A DNA stretch of 64,000 nucleotides from a virus. Lineage: Duplodnaviria; Heunggongvirae; Uroviricota; Caudoviricetes. This document shows positions 1-10,199 of this stretch, in pieces. The stretch lies in the IMG/VR virus record IMGVR_UViG_3300029511_000167, one strand, 5' to 3'. The position numbers were made by a program, and so were the translations under genes. The stretch's first letter is position 1, and each line of letters begins with the position of its first letter. The notes beneath the pieces are model-generated. The model had not been told where the DNA came from. It was given only the letters and a program-made list of their open reading frames with translations, and did no database searches.

Positions 1-2397
1 TTATAAAATGAGTTCTTTTACCAGCTCCCGTTTGATGCTGAAATTGTTGCCGTCTACATCCACCACGTATTTCTCTGCTGGAGAACCGTCAATAATTTCT
101 TTTACAAACTGCCGTTTAATCTTATCATTAATCAGTCTCTGCAGATTTCTGGCTCCGTACTCGTATGAAGTTCCATCTTCTGCGATCTTTTCAATACAGT
201 TTCTGGTAAATGTTACCTCAATGTCTTTTTTCGCTAATTTACTCTTCAGGTCTGCTAGTTCCTTTTCTGCCACCATGATAGACATTTCTTTGTTTAATCC
301 ATTAAATGTAACAATGGAATCTAAACGGTTGCGGAACTCAATGGAGAATAACCGGTTTACAGCCTCTGAAATTGCATCATGATTTACAGTTTCCACATTT
401 CCAAATCCGATTGCCGGTTTTGTAGCGTCTGCTACACCTGCGTTGGAAGTCATAATCACAATCAACTGCCTGCAGTCTACCTTATGTCCCTTGCTATCTG
501 TAATCATTCCGTAATCAAACATCTGAAGGAACGTTTTAAAGATATCTGGATGAGCTTTTTCAATCTCATCTAAGAGCAGTACCGCATGAGGTGTTTTTAA
601 AATAGCATCTGTCATCAATCCTCCGTCATCGTATCCAACATATCCGGCAGGAGAGCCAAATAACTTAGCTACTGAATGTGCTTCTGAATACTCAGACATA
701 TCAAATCGGATTAAAGAAAGAGACATTGCTTCTGCAATCTGTTTTGCAAGTTCTGTTTTTCCGACTCCGGAAGGTCCTACAAATAGGAATGTACCAATTG
801 GTTTATTGTCATTTCCCAGGCCGGATTTTGATAATTTAATCATTTCTGAAACTGCAGTAATAGCATTTTCCTGGCCAAATACATGTCGGTTTAACGTTTC
901 TTCCAGACTGGAAACCGTTTTTAAATCATCTTTTCCCATTGTTTTTTTCGGGATTTTGCAAACAGTGCTTACAATGTTCTCGATATCGGACTTAGTTACT
1001 TCTGGAACATGGCCTGGAGTTACATTGACATACGCGCCTGCCTCATCGATCATATCAATTGCTTTATCTGGAAGATACCTGTCATGGATATGTTTAGCTG
1101 TTAATTCAACTGCAGCTGCAATAGCATCCTCAGAATAGGTTACATGATGGTACTCTTCATAGTGCTCTTTTAATCCGTCCAGAATAGCGATAGCATCCTC
1201 AATAGAAGGCTCTTTAATCTCAATTTTCTGGAATCGTCTCATAAGAGCCGGATCCTTTTCAATAAACTGGGTATACTCCTTATAAGTCGTAGCACCAATG
1301 AATTTAATTTTGCTGTCAGTGAGATACGGCTTTAAGATATTAGCAGCATCCATACTTCCGGTTCCACCGTTTCCTGCTCCAATTAACATGTGTATTTCAT
1401 CGATAAAGAGAATTGGCTTTTCCAGTTGATCCAGCTCATCAAGAACCGCTTTAATTCTGTTCTCAAAGTCGCCACGGTAACAGGTTCCCGCCAGTAATGC
1501 TGTCAAATCAAGTTCGTATAACTTGGACCCTTTTAAAATCTCAGGAACTTTATCTTCTGAAAGCATTTTAGCTAATCCCTTGGTTACCGCCGATTTTCCT
1601 ACACCAGGCTCACCTAAATGAAGCGGATTGGACTTATCCGCCTTACAGAGTACCTGCATGGTTCTCTGGATTACATCTTCTCGTCCAATAAACGGTTTGT
1701 GATAAGACTTTGCTTTTTCAATTAAGTCTACACAGTAGTTTTTCAGGGCTTTCTTTGGTTTCTCTCCTGCTTCTTTTCTTGCGCCTGCCCGTTTCATGAT
1801 CTCCTCTTCTTCTCTTGCAGCTTCTTCTGCCTCTTTTTCATAGTCTTCTTTTTCTTTTGTGCAGCATCTTACAGTACGCTTTGTCATATCGATCTTATAC
1901 TGTCTATTCTTTAAATCGGAGAAATCTGGTTTCTCTGTTAAATCTCCATAAGCAACTAAGAGATTGGCAAATACTTCCATTTTATTGACTCCATTTGCTT
2001 CCATGAAGTCTTCTATATGAAGCTCATCATATTCCGCACAAAGGCCAAGAAATAAGTGGCCGACTGTAATATCCTCAGTATGAATTTTTCCATCCAGAAA
2101 GGTATGTACATTGTAAAGGATTTTATTACAAACAGCCGTTAAATCATATCCCATAAAACTTCCACTTGTTTTTTTCTCTGCTGGATAAGAATAAATGGTT
2201 GCACCCATTTTTGTGAGTCGTTTTAATGCATTCAGATCTCCTGTATAAGCTGTTACGAATTCTGGCTCCTCATACAGCTGCAGCAGCGCATGCGGAATTC
2301 CATAGGCAGTTAATTTACTTTTCTTTGCTGTTTCTTCTGTCTTATTTAAAATATTCATTGCTTTTGCATTTAATCTCATTCTTTTACTCCTCCTCAA
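1..2397 (-). CDS. clpA: ATP-dependent Clp protease ATP-binding subunit ClpA-like (two AAA+ modules)
   Basis: 798-aa ORF with two Walker A motifs (GEPGVGKSAV and GPSGVGKTELAK) and a ClpA-type N-domain. The start overlaps the upstream clpS stop. Confidence 0.85.
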   Translation of the reverse strand: MRRSKRMRLNAKAMNILNKTEETAKKSKLTAYGIPHALLQLYEEPEFVTAYTGDLNALKRLTKMGATIYSYPAEKKTSGSFMGYDLTAVCNKILYNVHTFLDGKIHTEDITVGHLFLGLCAEYDELHIEDFMEANGVNKMEVFANLLVAYGDLTEKPDFSDLKNRQYKIDMTKRTVRCCTKEKEDYEKEAEEAAREEEEIMKRAGARKEAGEKPKKALKNYCVDLIEKAKSYHKPFIGREDVIQRTMQVLCKADKSNPLHLGEPGVGKSAVTKGLAKMLSEDKVPEILKGSKLYELDLTALLAGTCYRGDFENRIKAVLDELDQLEKPILFIDEIHMLIGAGNGGTGSMDAANILKPYLTDSKIKFIGATTYKEYTQFIEKDPALMRRFQKIEIKEPSIEDAIAILDGLKEHYEEYHHVTYSEDAIAAAVELTAKHIHDRYLPDKAIDMIDEAGAYVNVTPGHVPEVTKSDIENIVSTVCKIPKKTMGKDDLKTVSSLEETLNRHVFGQENAITAVSEMIKLSKSGLGNDNKPIGTFLFVGPSGVGKTELAKQIAEAMSLSLIRFDMSEYSEAHSVAKLFGSPAGYVGYDDGGLMTDAILKTPHAVLLLDEIEKAHPDIFKTFLQMFDYGMITDSKGHKVDCRQLIVIMTSNAGVADATKPAIGFGNVETVNHDAISEAVNRLFSIEFRNRLDSIVTFNGLNKEMSIMVAEKELADLKSKLAKKDIEVTFTRNCIEKIAEDGTSYEYGARNLQRLINDKIKRQFVKEIIDGSPAEKYVVDVDGNNFSIKRELVKELIL

Positions 2398-2695
2398 TTG
2401 TGAATTTTAAGTCACAATCATAATCTTTTGAAATTTCATTTGCTTTTAATACTTTTTTATTTGCCTCGAAATACGAATTTCCGCTGCATACCACCGCTTT
2501 TCCTTCTGTTTGGGCGATATCTATTATTTTTAGCGATTCTCCTAATGACTTACCAAACACTTCCTGTAAGATTGAAATTACAATATTAATAAGTGTCGTG
2601 TCGTCATTGTGTATAATAACGGAATAGGTCTGATCGAGCAAAATTTCTTCTTCAATCGTTGTTTCAGTTATTATTCTTGTTTTTTCACAAATCAT
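2384..2695 (-). CDS. clpS: Clp protease adaptor protein ClpS
   Basis: 103 aa. The VIIHNDDTTLINIVISILQEVFGKS block matches the ClpS core. It sits immediately upstream of clpA with a 14-nt overlap. Confidence 0.8.
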   Translation of the reverse strand: MICEKTRIITETTIEEEILLDQTYSVIIHNDDTTLINIVISILQEVFGKSLGESLKIIDIAQTEGKAVVCSGNSYFEANKKVLKANEISKDYDCDLKFTIEEE

Positions 2696-2762
2696 GATTC
2701 TCTCCTTTCATTCTTATTCTTATTTATAATGGTGTTTTTTTTCTCAAATAATTCCAAGAATG

Positions 2763-2792
2763 AAAAAAAGAGCGGAAAATCCGCTCTTTTGT
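2763..2792. terminator. bidirectional rho-independent terminator
   Basis: Hairpin agagcgg-aaaat-ccgctct flanked by A and T runs, between clpS start and the convergent 2800..4569 gene end. Confidence 0.6.
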
Positions 2793-2799
2793 TTACTGC

Positions 2800-4569
2800 T
2801 TACATGATGATGTCTACGTCGTTTCCAGACTCACCCTTGTCGATAGAGTCCTTTCCCTCATCATCGGAATCCTCATCTGCATCTGCATCAGAGTCCTCAG
2901 TCTGGTCGATAAACTCAAGTTCAGTTCTTGCCTGATCCTCGTTGTTTAAGTACAGCCAGCCTTCGTTGATTGCATCGTAGCCATTCTCTGTCTTCATGAT
3001 AGAAGTGTAAGTATAAATATCGTCATCATACAGCTGGATAAACGGCATAGCAACGATTGTATCCTCTGTTACTTTCTCAAGGTCAGAAACCTCTTCGATC
3101 ATCATATCGATCAGGTCAGCTGCAGTGTAATCGAAGTTGCCGTTAGCAGACTCAATTCTCTCTACCTTTCCGGCGCTGTTGGTATATACCATTACGTCCT
3201 CTTCATCTACACCACGGTTCTCAAGGTCGAACTTCTTGCCGTCCTTAGCTGTCTGGATCTTACCTTTCTTATTTACCAGGTAAACATCTCCGTCATAGAA
3301 GAATAACTTGTTGTCATCCTCTGCCTGAAGACGCTTTCCGTTGAAGTACAGGTAGTCGTCCTTCTCGCCCTTCTGGCCCATGCCGTTCTTTCCGTTCTTT
3401 GTGTTAAAGTAGAAGGCGTAGTCATCGTCATCGCACTCTACAGAAGCCATTCTTCCGGTCTTTAAGTAACCGTTCTCATCGAAGAAGTAGAAGCCATGAT
3501 CATCATTGATGTACTGAAGACCTGTCTGCATCTGGCCCTTCTCATTAAATGCGAAGTATTTGCCGTCGATCTTAATCTTAGCTACATAAACAGGGCCGTC
3601 GTCATCATAAGTAGCAAAATCGGCTGCTCCACCATCTGCGTACTTAACCTCGCCATCATCGATGTAGTACCAGCTGGTCTCATCATCATCGCCAACGTCC
3701 TCGGCACCATCCATCTCGTACCAGCCATTTCCTCTGGAACCATCCTCTACTACATTGTAATACATCATCTTGTCGATTGCCGCATTACTTGCAGTTGCAC
3801 CTAAGTTGCCGTCAAGCTGTGCATGAGAACCGTGTGTTACAGATGTGTCGCCATCGATCCACTCATACAGCATCTGTCCATGCTCATTGAACATGTAGTA
3901 GCGGCCATTTACTTTCTTCTTCTTAGCCTCGTCATAGGTTCTTCCAGATGCCTGGAACCAGTACCAGCCCTCGTCGTCACAGTTATCATCCTCGCTACAG
4001 TCTAAAGCGGCCATGCCGTGTGTTGTATTGTCCTCATCCTCGGAAAGACCAGATTTCTCAAGCCATAACCACTGGTTCTCAGCTCTCCAGCCCTCGTCTT
4101 CTCCGCCAAGGTAATATGCATGACCATCAATCTCCTGCCAACCTGTCTTCATCTTGCCATCTTCATCAAAGTAATAGGTTCTGCCGTTGATTTTCTTGCT
4201 ATCGTCAGTGATTTTCTTACCCTTACTATTGAAGTAGTACCAGTTCTCGCCGCCATCCTCTGGATCATCGTATCCATCTGCACCTACTGTCTTCACCCAG
4301 TCATTGGTAACCATGCGGCCATCTGCACCTACATAAGACTCATCGTCTACCCAGGAATCAGTTGACATATCGCCATCCTCATCCAGATAGAACCAATATG
4401 CGCCGTCTTTCTTCCACTCATCTGTTACCATCTCATCATTTGAATCATAGTAATGCCAGGAACCAGAATCGTCTTTCTCCCATCCCTCTGCAAAAGAGGT
4501 CATAGATGCGCCCATTGCAAGCAATGCTGCTGTTGAGAGGATTGCTACTAATTTTCTATTCTTTCTCAT
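2800..4569 (-). CDS. secreted cell-wall-binding repeat protein (choline-binding/YG-type repeats) with acidic C-terminal tail
   Basis: N-terminal signal peptide MRKNRKLVAILSTAALLAMGASMTSFA. Repeated W-x-Y/F-Y-F-x-x-x-G-x-M-x-T-G-W modules. The D/E-rich tail DSDADADEDSDDEG. Confidence 0.7.
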   Translation of the reverse strand: MRKNRKLVAILSTAALLAMGASMTSFAEGWEKDDSGSWHYYDSNDEMVTDEWKKDGAYWFYLDEDGDMSTDSWVDDESYVGADGRMVTNDWVKTVGADGYDDPEDGGENWYYFNSKGKKITDDSKKINGRTYYFDEDGKMKTGWQEIDGHAYYLGGEDEGWRAENQWLWLEKSGLSEDEDNTTHGMAALDCSEDDNCDDEGWYWFQASGRTYDEAKKKKVNGRYYMFNEHGQMLYEWIDGDTSVTHGSHAQLDGNLGATASNAAIDKMMYYNVVEDGSRGNGWYEMDGAEDVGDDDETSWYYIDDGEVKYADGGAADFATYDDDGPVYVAKIKIDGKYFAFNEKGQMQTGLQYINDDHGFYFFDENGYLKTGRMASVECDDDDYAFYFNTKNGKNGMGQKGEKDDYLYFNGKRLQAEDDNKLFFYDGDVYLVNKKGKIQTAKDGKKFDLENRGVDEEDVMVYTNSAGKVERIESANGNFDYTAADLIDMMIEEVSDLEKVTEDTIVAMPFIQLYDDDIYTYTSIMKTENGYDAINEGWLYLNNEDQARTELEFIDQTEDSDADADEDSDDEGKDSIDKGESGNDVDIIM

Positions 4570-4707
4570 GTTTCTTTTCTCCTTTTGAATTATAAATTTA
4601 TGTTTCGATTTTATTATGCAAGAAATAATTAGGAATAGCGAAAGATTTGATGTATTTTTTTTAACTAAAATCTTACGGTATTCTTACAGTCTGTATTTCC
4701 CTTGATT

Positions 4708-5409
4708 TTAAAGGATCATTTCGGTGTTTGAAACCCTGCAGTTATGTTTTACGATTGCATTCCAAGCTGTATCCTTCTGCTCTTTGGTTGGCTTAAAACA
4801 AATATCCTGTTTGGCAGAAATATAATTTCCCATGGACGGAAGATATCGTGTGGCAATCCAGCCAGCATCGATTAAGTTATCAAGCGCCTGATCCATTGGA
4901 ACTTTTTCATATACTTCATTTCTGCTGGTAAAACCAAACTCTTTATAATATGCAGCAATGTAGTAAAAAGCTTTCGCATTGTGTCCACCAAACTCACAAG
5001 AAAAAAATGCTCCATCCGGACGAATAAGCCCTTCAAATTTTTCCATATCATCTGGAATGACTCGAACATCTAAGGAACCAGGCCTGCGGTTTATTATATG
5101 TAAGATAAACTCTTCCGGTGCCATATCACTAATGCTTTTTTCGCTGCTTTTGCCCTGCTGCCGCTTCTGCTCTGTTTTTGTTGGCGTTTTTTGCATACGC
5201 TTAGTGGCCAAATATCTCTGATTTCTTTTTTTAAAACCGGGTTCTTCTTTACCCTTAATCTGCTCATAGATGGTTTCCCAGAAAGCATCTGCTTCTGCAG
5301 TTGCAAATGCGGGTGCTATTTTTCCATAGCAGCGAGCGATCAGCTTTTTAGCATTGCAGCGGTTTAGCAGCCACAGACCACACTGTGTATCCGGATCCCT
5401 ATTTGTCAT
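4708..5409 (-). CDS. hypothetical protein
   Basis: ORF track. The start was chosen at MTNRD, where ATG overlaps the upstream stop (ATGA) and so is translationally coupled to 5406..5855. Confidence 0.5.
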   Translation of the reverse strand: MTNRDPDTQCGLWLLNRCNAKKLIARCYGKIAPAFATAEADAFWETIYEQIKGKEEPGFKKRNQRYLATKRMQKTPTKTEQKRQQGKSSEKSISDMAPEEFILHIINRRPGSLDVRVIPDDMEKFEGLIRPDGAFFSCEFGGHNAKAFYYIAAYYKEFGFTSRNEVYEKVPMDQALDNLIDAGWIATRYLPSMGNYISAKQDICFKPTKEQKDTAWNAIVKHNCRVSNTEMIL

Positions 5410-5855
5410 ATCATTTTTCTTCCAATAGTCATGATCTGAAAGCAAAAATAATCATAAACATCCGTATAGGAATGGATCTCTTTTTGCTTAGCGTATTCAA
5501 TAGATTTAACGGTTGCATATGGGTCAATGTAGTTCATGGGATGCAGTTCCATATCCTGCTCAATTTCTTCTTCCAGAAGCTTTGTCCGCAGTTCTGCCAC
5601 TTTTTCCTGAATGGGACGAACCTTTTCATTATCTTCCACTAGCTCAAACACATTTGTTCCAATTAATTTCTTTTTTCCTTCTAGAATATCTCTTGCAATT
5701 GTTTTCTTTTCGCTTAGAGAAATTTCATCTGTTTCCAGCACAGTCAACAACAGTTCTTCTGACTTTTCATAAGCCTTATTTTCATGCCAGAACCATGTCC
5801 TTGCAAGGTCACAGATAAATTCTCCACAAATGCTCCAGTTTAAGGTTTTCATCAT
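5406..5855 (-). CDS. hypothetical protein
   Basis: ORF track. The start was chosen at MMKTLNW, preceded by the RBS agagggaaaac. Confidence 0.5.
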   Translation of the reverse strand: MMKTLNWSICGEFICDLARTWFWHENKAYEKSEELLLTVLETDEISLSEKKTIARDILEGKKKLIGTNVFELVEDNEKVRPIQEKVAELRTKLLEEEIEQDMELHPMNYIDPYATVKSIEYAKQKEIHSYTDVYDYFCFQIMTIGRKMI

Positions 5856-6082
5856 TTTGTTTTCCCTCTTTTCTTCTTTGCTGTAAATAGTATGGTGCGA
5901 TGATGGGCAAAACAATGATCTAAAATAGAGAAAAAACAAAAAAACCGGCATATGCCGGTTTCATGTTTTAATCAAACTATGTCAATGTGTACTTATTTTT
6001 CACTCAGTTGCCCAATAGAATTCTCCAACTTCTGGAGTTATTGTCTTCTCGTTTTTGTTTACCCACATAATGTTTTCCTTTC

Positions 6083-6568
6083 TTAATCGGAATCTGTTTC
6101 CAGCGCAATGTATCCGTTAAATACAAAGGTTGTATAACTCATATTTTTACAAAATGATTCCATGCCATAGTAATCTGATAAGGTCTGGTGGTCAATTCCT
6201 GCTGCGGAGACTGTTTTTGGTTCAATTAAAATACCATCACAGGTTCTATATTGTCTGACATATTCACAGATCTGCTGTTCCAAATTTTTAAACTCCCAGG
6301 ATTCAACAAAATCTTCAATGTCAAAAAAGGAACCGGTACAATAGCCAATAGTCAAAAGGTAGGATAATTTTTCTTCCTGTGTATCATAAATGCAGTGCTC
6401 TTTTCCAAAATACTGAAGTGGGACGATGATATAGCTTCCCATCACGCCATCTATTTTTCTTTTCTTAATGGTTAAATTAGGCCGTTCCAATCCTTTTTCA
6501 GAAATAGCCAGAGAATGTACACTGGAACTATTGGTTTCAAATACGTGTCTTCTTATTTTTCTTATCAT
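6083..6568 (-). CDS. hypothetical protein
   Basis: 161-aa ORF with no recognisable motif. A terminator hairpin lies downstream at 5942-5962. Confidence 0.5.
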   Translation of the reverse strand: MIRKIRRHVFETNSSSVHSLAISEKGLERPNLTIKKRKIDGVMGSYIIVPLQYFGKEHCIYDTQEEKLSYLLTIGYCTGSFFDIEDFVESWEFKNLEQQICEYVRQYRTCDGILIEPKTVSAAGIDHQTLSDYYGMESFCKNMSYTTFVFNGYIALETDSD

Positions 6569-6582
6569 CCGCTCATTCCTTT

Positions 6583-7230
6583 CTAGAAATTAACAATCGC
6601 AGCCGGGTCTCCATCCGGGTCTGCAGCAGAATAGACTCTTCCTACAATACAGTGCCTGTTTGGGTCGTATTCTACGATTACACCTGGTTCTCCTGGCGCA
6701 TCTGTCAGAGTTGCGATTCCAGGATATTCTTTATCTTTCATAATCTTTGCAGATATTGTACCTTTTGGTGTTTTGACTATTAGCTCCTGCTGTTTATCAA
6801 TAACAGCTGCTTCATCAAGAGGAATATCTTTCCACTCAGCATCTTCTACAATGGAACATTTTAGTCCCTGTTCATCTTGAATATATACTTTTAGCGTCCT
6901 GCCATCTGGCAAAATGACTTCTATCCCTTCTCTATCTTCTTCAGAAAATCCAAACGCTTCGAATCTAGCTTGGTGTTTCAAACCGTCAGAGTCTTTTACC
7001 ATAGCTATACTGCTGGATACATGTTCGGTTGCATATAAAGCATTTTCTGAGATGCTCCAATCTTCTGCGACTTTTTTTATGGCAGAATCCGGATCCGTAG
7101 CATATACTACATCCAAAAGAAGGTCCTGGGAAACATCCATCCACTTATTTTCTTCTGTCGTATCATTTAACTCAACAGTACAAATCTGAGCATCTCTCAT
7201 ATGTTTTGCATATACATTGTATTCTTTCAT
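6583..7230 (-). CDS. hypothetical protein
   Basis: 215-aa ORF with non-repetitive composition. Confidence 0.5.
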   Translation of the reverse strand: MKEYNVYAKHMRDAQICTVELNDTTEENKWMDVSQDLLLDVVYATDPDSAIKKVAEDWSISENALYATEHVSSSIAMVKDSDGLKHQARFEAFGFSEEDREGIEVILPDGRTLKVYIQDEQGLKCSIVEDAEWKDIPLDEAAVIDKQQELIVKTPKGTISAKIMKDKEYPGIATLTDAPGEPGVIVEYDPNRHCIVGRVYSAADPDGDPAAIVNF

Positions 7231-7250
7231 ATTTAATAATCCTTTCCTTT

Positions 7251-8144
7251 TCAGTTTCTGACGATCTGGAACATATCGGTTGCGTCATTTAAAAGCTTAA
7301 ATCTTTCATTTTCAGGAGCCGTTGAGCTTTTTGCAAAGGTCCTTTCTACTGCATCAATATAGTAAGTAAAGGAAGCATCTTCTCCCATGTAAAATTCTTC
7401 CCACTCTTCTTCTGTGAGCCTTTCTTTTATTTCCATCTGTTCAATGGCTAAATTGTCAAAGCTGATGGTATGAAATTTCCCAACATAGTCGCTTAAATTA
7501 TTTCTTAGCCACTGCATCTTCCTCTGAATTGCTTCTGTTTCTGCTTTATAGTAGCGTTCTCCTCTGCGAAGTTTTTTATATCCAAGAATCAGCAATTTGA
7601 TATTTTGGTTACTTAAAGCATCCAGTTCTTTTTCTGTAACAAGCCCTGCAATCACATGAACAACGGCATTTGGGAAATCCTTTACCATCTGAATCAATTC
7701 TTTTGTTGGCTTTGAAAGGGAAATTCCAAGCCCGTAAATGAGATTTTCTTTTACCAGCCTTTGGATGAATTTTCGGTTTTGTTCAAAATGGATTTGGTTT
7801 ACGGTGATATTGGTAATTACCTTCTGCTTTTTTAAAATATGTAAAAGCTCCACCAGGTCCGGATGCTCTAACACATTTCCACCACCGATGGCCACTTCCT
7901 GATAAGGCTTTAATGTATAGATAAAATCTTCCTTTAAAATATCCGCATGCTTTCCGGTTGCGCTACTGCTCTCATGACAAAACGGACAATTTGCACCAGT
8001 ACAGCGGTTGGTAATCTTTAAATCAATATTTTCAGCAAACTGAGGATGAAAGGTTCCTTCCTCCAGTTCTCTTATTTTTGTTCCATCTTCAAAAATCTTT
8101 ACAGTATAATTTCCATTTTTGTATTTTGCTAATTGTCGAATCAT
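7251..8144 (-). CDS. radical SAM domain protein (variant CX4CX2C cluster motif), paralog of 23027..23878
   Basis: ITNRCTGANCPFCHE near the N-terminus and an AIGGGNVLEHPDLVELL (GGE-type) motif. Start at MIRQLAKYK with RBS aaaaggagac. Confidence 0.6.
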   Translation of the reverse strand: MIRQLAKYKNGNYTVKIFEDGTKIRELEEGTFHPQFAENIDLKITNRCTGANCPFCHESSSATGKHADILKEDFIYTLKPYQEVAIGGGNVLEHPDLVELLHILKKQKVITNITVNQIHFEQNRKFIQRLVKENLIYGLGISLSKPTKELIQMVKDFPNAVVHVIAGLVTEKELDALSNQNIKLLILGYKKLRRGERYYKAETEAIQRKMQWLRNNLSDYVGKFHTISFDNLAIEQMEIKERLTEEEWEEFYMGEDASFTYYIDAVERTFAKSSTAPENERFKLLNDATDMFQIVRN

Positions 8145-8194
8145 AGATGAGTCTCCTTTTTTCTTTGATACCATTAGCATGTCGTTTTTTGAGT

Positions 8195-8221
8195 AAAAAA
8201 AAGAGACCGAAGTCTCTTTTC
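8195..8221. terminator. rho-independent terminator (hairpin gagaccgaagtctc)
   Basis: aaaaaaaagagaccgaagtctcttttcg. The identical 26-mer recurs at 18784-18811. Confidence 0.65.
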
Positions 8222-8236
8222 GAATTAATTTAGCTT

Positions 8237-8665
8237 CTATTTTTCCAAAAACTCCTGAAAAGACAGCATCTCTTCTGAGCATTCATTCATCAGCAATTTT
8301 TTAACTTCATATTGTAAAGAAATATTTCGTGGATCGATGGCAATAACTTGCTGCGCTGATACTCCGCGTTCTCTTAAGTCATTTCTATAAACCGATAATA
8401 ACTCTTCATCTGAGGTACATTCATAGTTTTCATCCGAATCATGATAATGAATCATTCCGACATAGAGAGAATTATCATTCCATAGACTTTCTAATGTTTG
8501 ATACACTTTTCCGCATTTTTCACAAACAAAATCGCCAGTAAATCCTGTTGAAATAAGCTTCTCTTCTTTTTTAATATTATAGTTCCCATCAATTACCACA
8601 TTTTGAACAACAGTTCTTTTTGTTTTAAATTTTGGGCATCCGCATTTCGAACAACGTTTCACCAT
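8237..8665 (-). CDS. zinc-ribbon hypothetical protein
   Basis: 142 aa with CSKCGC...CEKCG Cys pairs. Confidence 0.5.
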   Translation of the reverse strand: MVKRCSKCGCPKFKTKRTVVQNVVIDGNYNIKKEEKLISTGFTGDFVCEKCGKVYQTLESLWNDNSLYVGMIHYHDSDENYECTSDEELLSVYRNDLRERGVSAQQVIAIDPRNISLQYEVKKLLMNECSEEMLSFQEFLEK

Positions 8666-8677
8666 ATTCGCTCCTTT

Positions 8678-9475
8678 TTAATGTTCTGTATTCAGCTGCT
8701 CTTTCATTTTTACAAAGAAATCTCTGGTCTCATTTCTGTTTTTAAGCATTGCTGCTTTCTCATATTCTGAATATACATATGGTTCGTTCTTATTTAAATT
8801 ATTTAAGAAAGACAAGTCGATCTCGTCTTCCTCCGTTTCTTCTTCTTTTTTTGCCTTTTCACTGGCATCATCCAGGGTATCACTTTCTTCACCTATTGAT
8901 CGTACCCGTTTTCTTGAAGTATCATAATCAAAGCCGAACCAGGTCATTTCATATAAAATATTGGCGGCCACTTGGATTTCTCCATAGGTCCGAATTAAAG
9001 AATGAGGTATCTTATAAGTGATAACAGCTTTCCAGTCTTCCGCCATAAAATTATAGGTTGTAATTGGAAGCATTGCCTGTTTCATATCTTCCAATGTTTT
9101 GCAGACAGGAAACTGCTCTGGATCAAACTGTTTTAACTCCGCTTCATCAAATACGAACGTATCGTAACCGGTTGGGACTTCTAGGCCAGTCTCTTCTTCC
9201 AATTCATCATAGTATGGAACAATTCCTATGATGCAGGATTCGGTTTCTTTTCTTTGCTTCAGATTGCATATCTCACTGATGCACGTTTGTATTTTTCCTT
9301 TAAGGTCACTTGTTCCACAACTTAATTTTTCTTCCTTTGAAAGACTGGACGTATTGTGCTCCCGGTCGTAGCGCTCTATGATTTTTTCTGTACTGAAAAA
9401 GTTCGATACAAAATAATCGGCCAGTGTTTCTGGCTTTAATGCTTTAAATAGTTCCTGCACTGTAATGCTCTTCAT
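8678..9475 (-). CDS. hypothetical acidic protein
   Basis: 265-aa ORF. Motif agtatg lies at 9531-9536, upstream of the start. Confidence 0.5.
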   Translation of the reverse strand: MKSITVQELFKALKPETLADYFVSNFFSTEKIIERYDREHNTSSLSKEEKLSCGTSDLKGKIQTCISEICNLKQRKETESCIIGIVPYYDELEEETGLEVPTGYDTFVFDEAELKQFDPEQFPVCKTLEDMKQAMLPITTYNFMAEDWKAVITYKIPHSLIRTYGEIQVAANILYEMTWFGFDYDTSRKRVRSIGEESDTLDDASEKAKKEEETEEDEIDLSFLNNLNKNEPYVYSEYEKAAMLKNRNETRDFFVKMKEQLNTEH

Positions 9476-9624
9476 AAAAAACCTCCATTTTCAATGATTT
9501 ACTTTCTCTCTCTTTTTCTTTCTTTTTTTAGTATGTCTGATTTTTGTTCCTTTTGATAGCTCTTTCCTTTTCCTTTTCTTTTTTCTTACATACTAAATAA
9601 AACGGATACAGGGAGGAAGAAAAA

Positions 9625-9990
9625 ATGGAACAGATTACGGAGACATTAGAATATGTGAGTATGTTGATTCGCAACCGCGACGCAGCTGCAGCAAGCCTGA
9701 ATCGGAATTATTCAGAGGATGAGCGTCTTATGATTTTGATGAATGCAAAAAAATTATTTGCATATGCGGCTGCAGAAGAAATGCAGCCGATGTGCGGAGC
9801 CTGCTACACCTGCAAGCATCGAGGAACGATTCCAGGAGATGCTCATAGTTGCTGCAAGAACCCGCTTGCAATTGCCATCGGAGACGAATCCGGTGTGAAA
9901 CACGGGTGGTTCATGCATCCTTTTAATTTTGATCCAGTGTGGCTTCGCTACTGCGATGGATATGAGAAGAAAGAAAAAAAGAGAGCGTGA
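9625..9990 (+). CDS. hypothetical Cys/His-rich protein
   Basis: RBS gggaggaag, ATG at 9625. The plus-strand CATACTAAA motif lies 31 nt upstream. A terminator hairpin lies downstream at 9975-10006. Confidence 0.55.
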   Translation: MEQITETLEYVSMLIRNRDAAAASLNRNYSEDERLMILMNAKKLFAYAAAEEMQPMCGACYTCKHRGTIPGDAHSCCKNPLAIAIGDESGVKHGWFMHPFNFDPVWLRYCDGYEKKEKKRA

Positions 9991-10004
9991 CTGCTCTCTT
10001 TTTT

Positions 10005-10199
10005 TCAATTTAATATTGAACCGTCGGTAGTTTCCCAGCCAGTCACATGTTCTTTGTAAAACTCGTGTCCTTTTTCTCCGCTCCACTCTTCTTTTTTCTT
10101 GTCAAATTCAATGACTTCCTCGATCCAACAACCATTTTCTCCATAGTAGCAAACCTTATAGCGTCCACTCTTTCCCGGTTCAAATCGTTTCTGTGCCAT
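10005..10199 (-). CDS. hypothetical small protein
   Basis: 64-aa ORF ending at a bidirectional terminator. Confidence 0.4.
   Translation of the reverse strand: MAQKRFEPGKSGRYKVCYYGENGCWIEEVIEFDKKKEEWSGEKGHEFYKEHVTGWETTDGSILN

Noticed and set aside
8-1138. Plus-strand ORFs (8..382, 379..573, 806..1138) inside clpA
   Set aside because: They lie antisense to a well-supported AAA+ ATPase gene and have no RBS and low-complexity translations. The same reasoning applies to other antisense ORFs in the track, for example 3496..4365, 4979..5221, 14383..14766, 19029..19238, 25192..25596, 31745..32148 and 49316..49690.
6000-6068. 22-aa minus-strand micro-ORF (MWVNKNEKTITPEVGEFYWATE) with an RBS-like aaaggaaaac
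   Set aside because: Too short and without supporting context such as a partner gene or conservation signal. Left unannotated.
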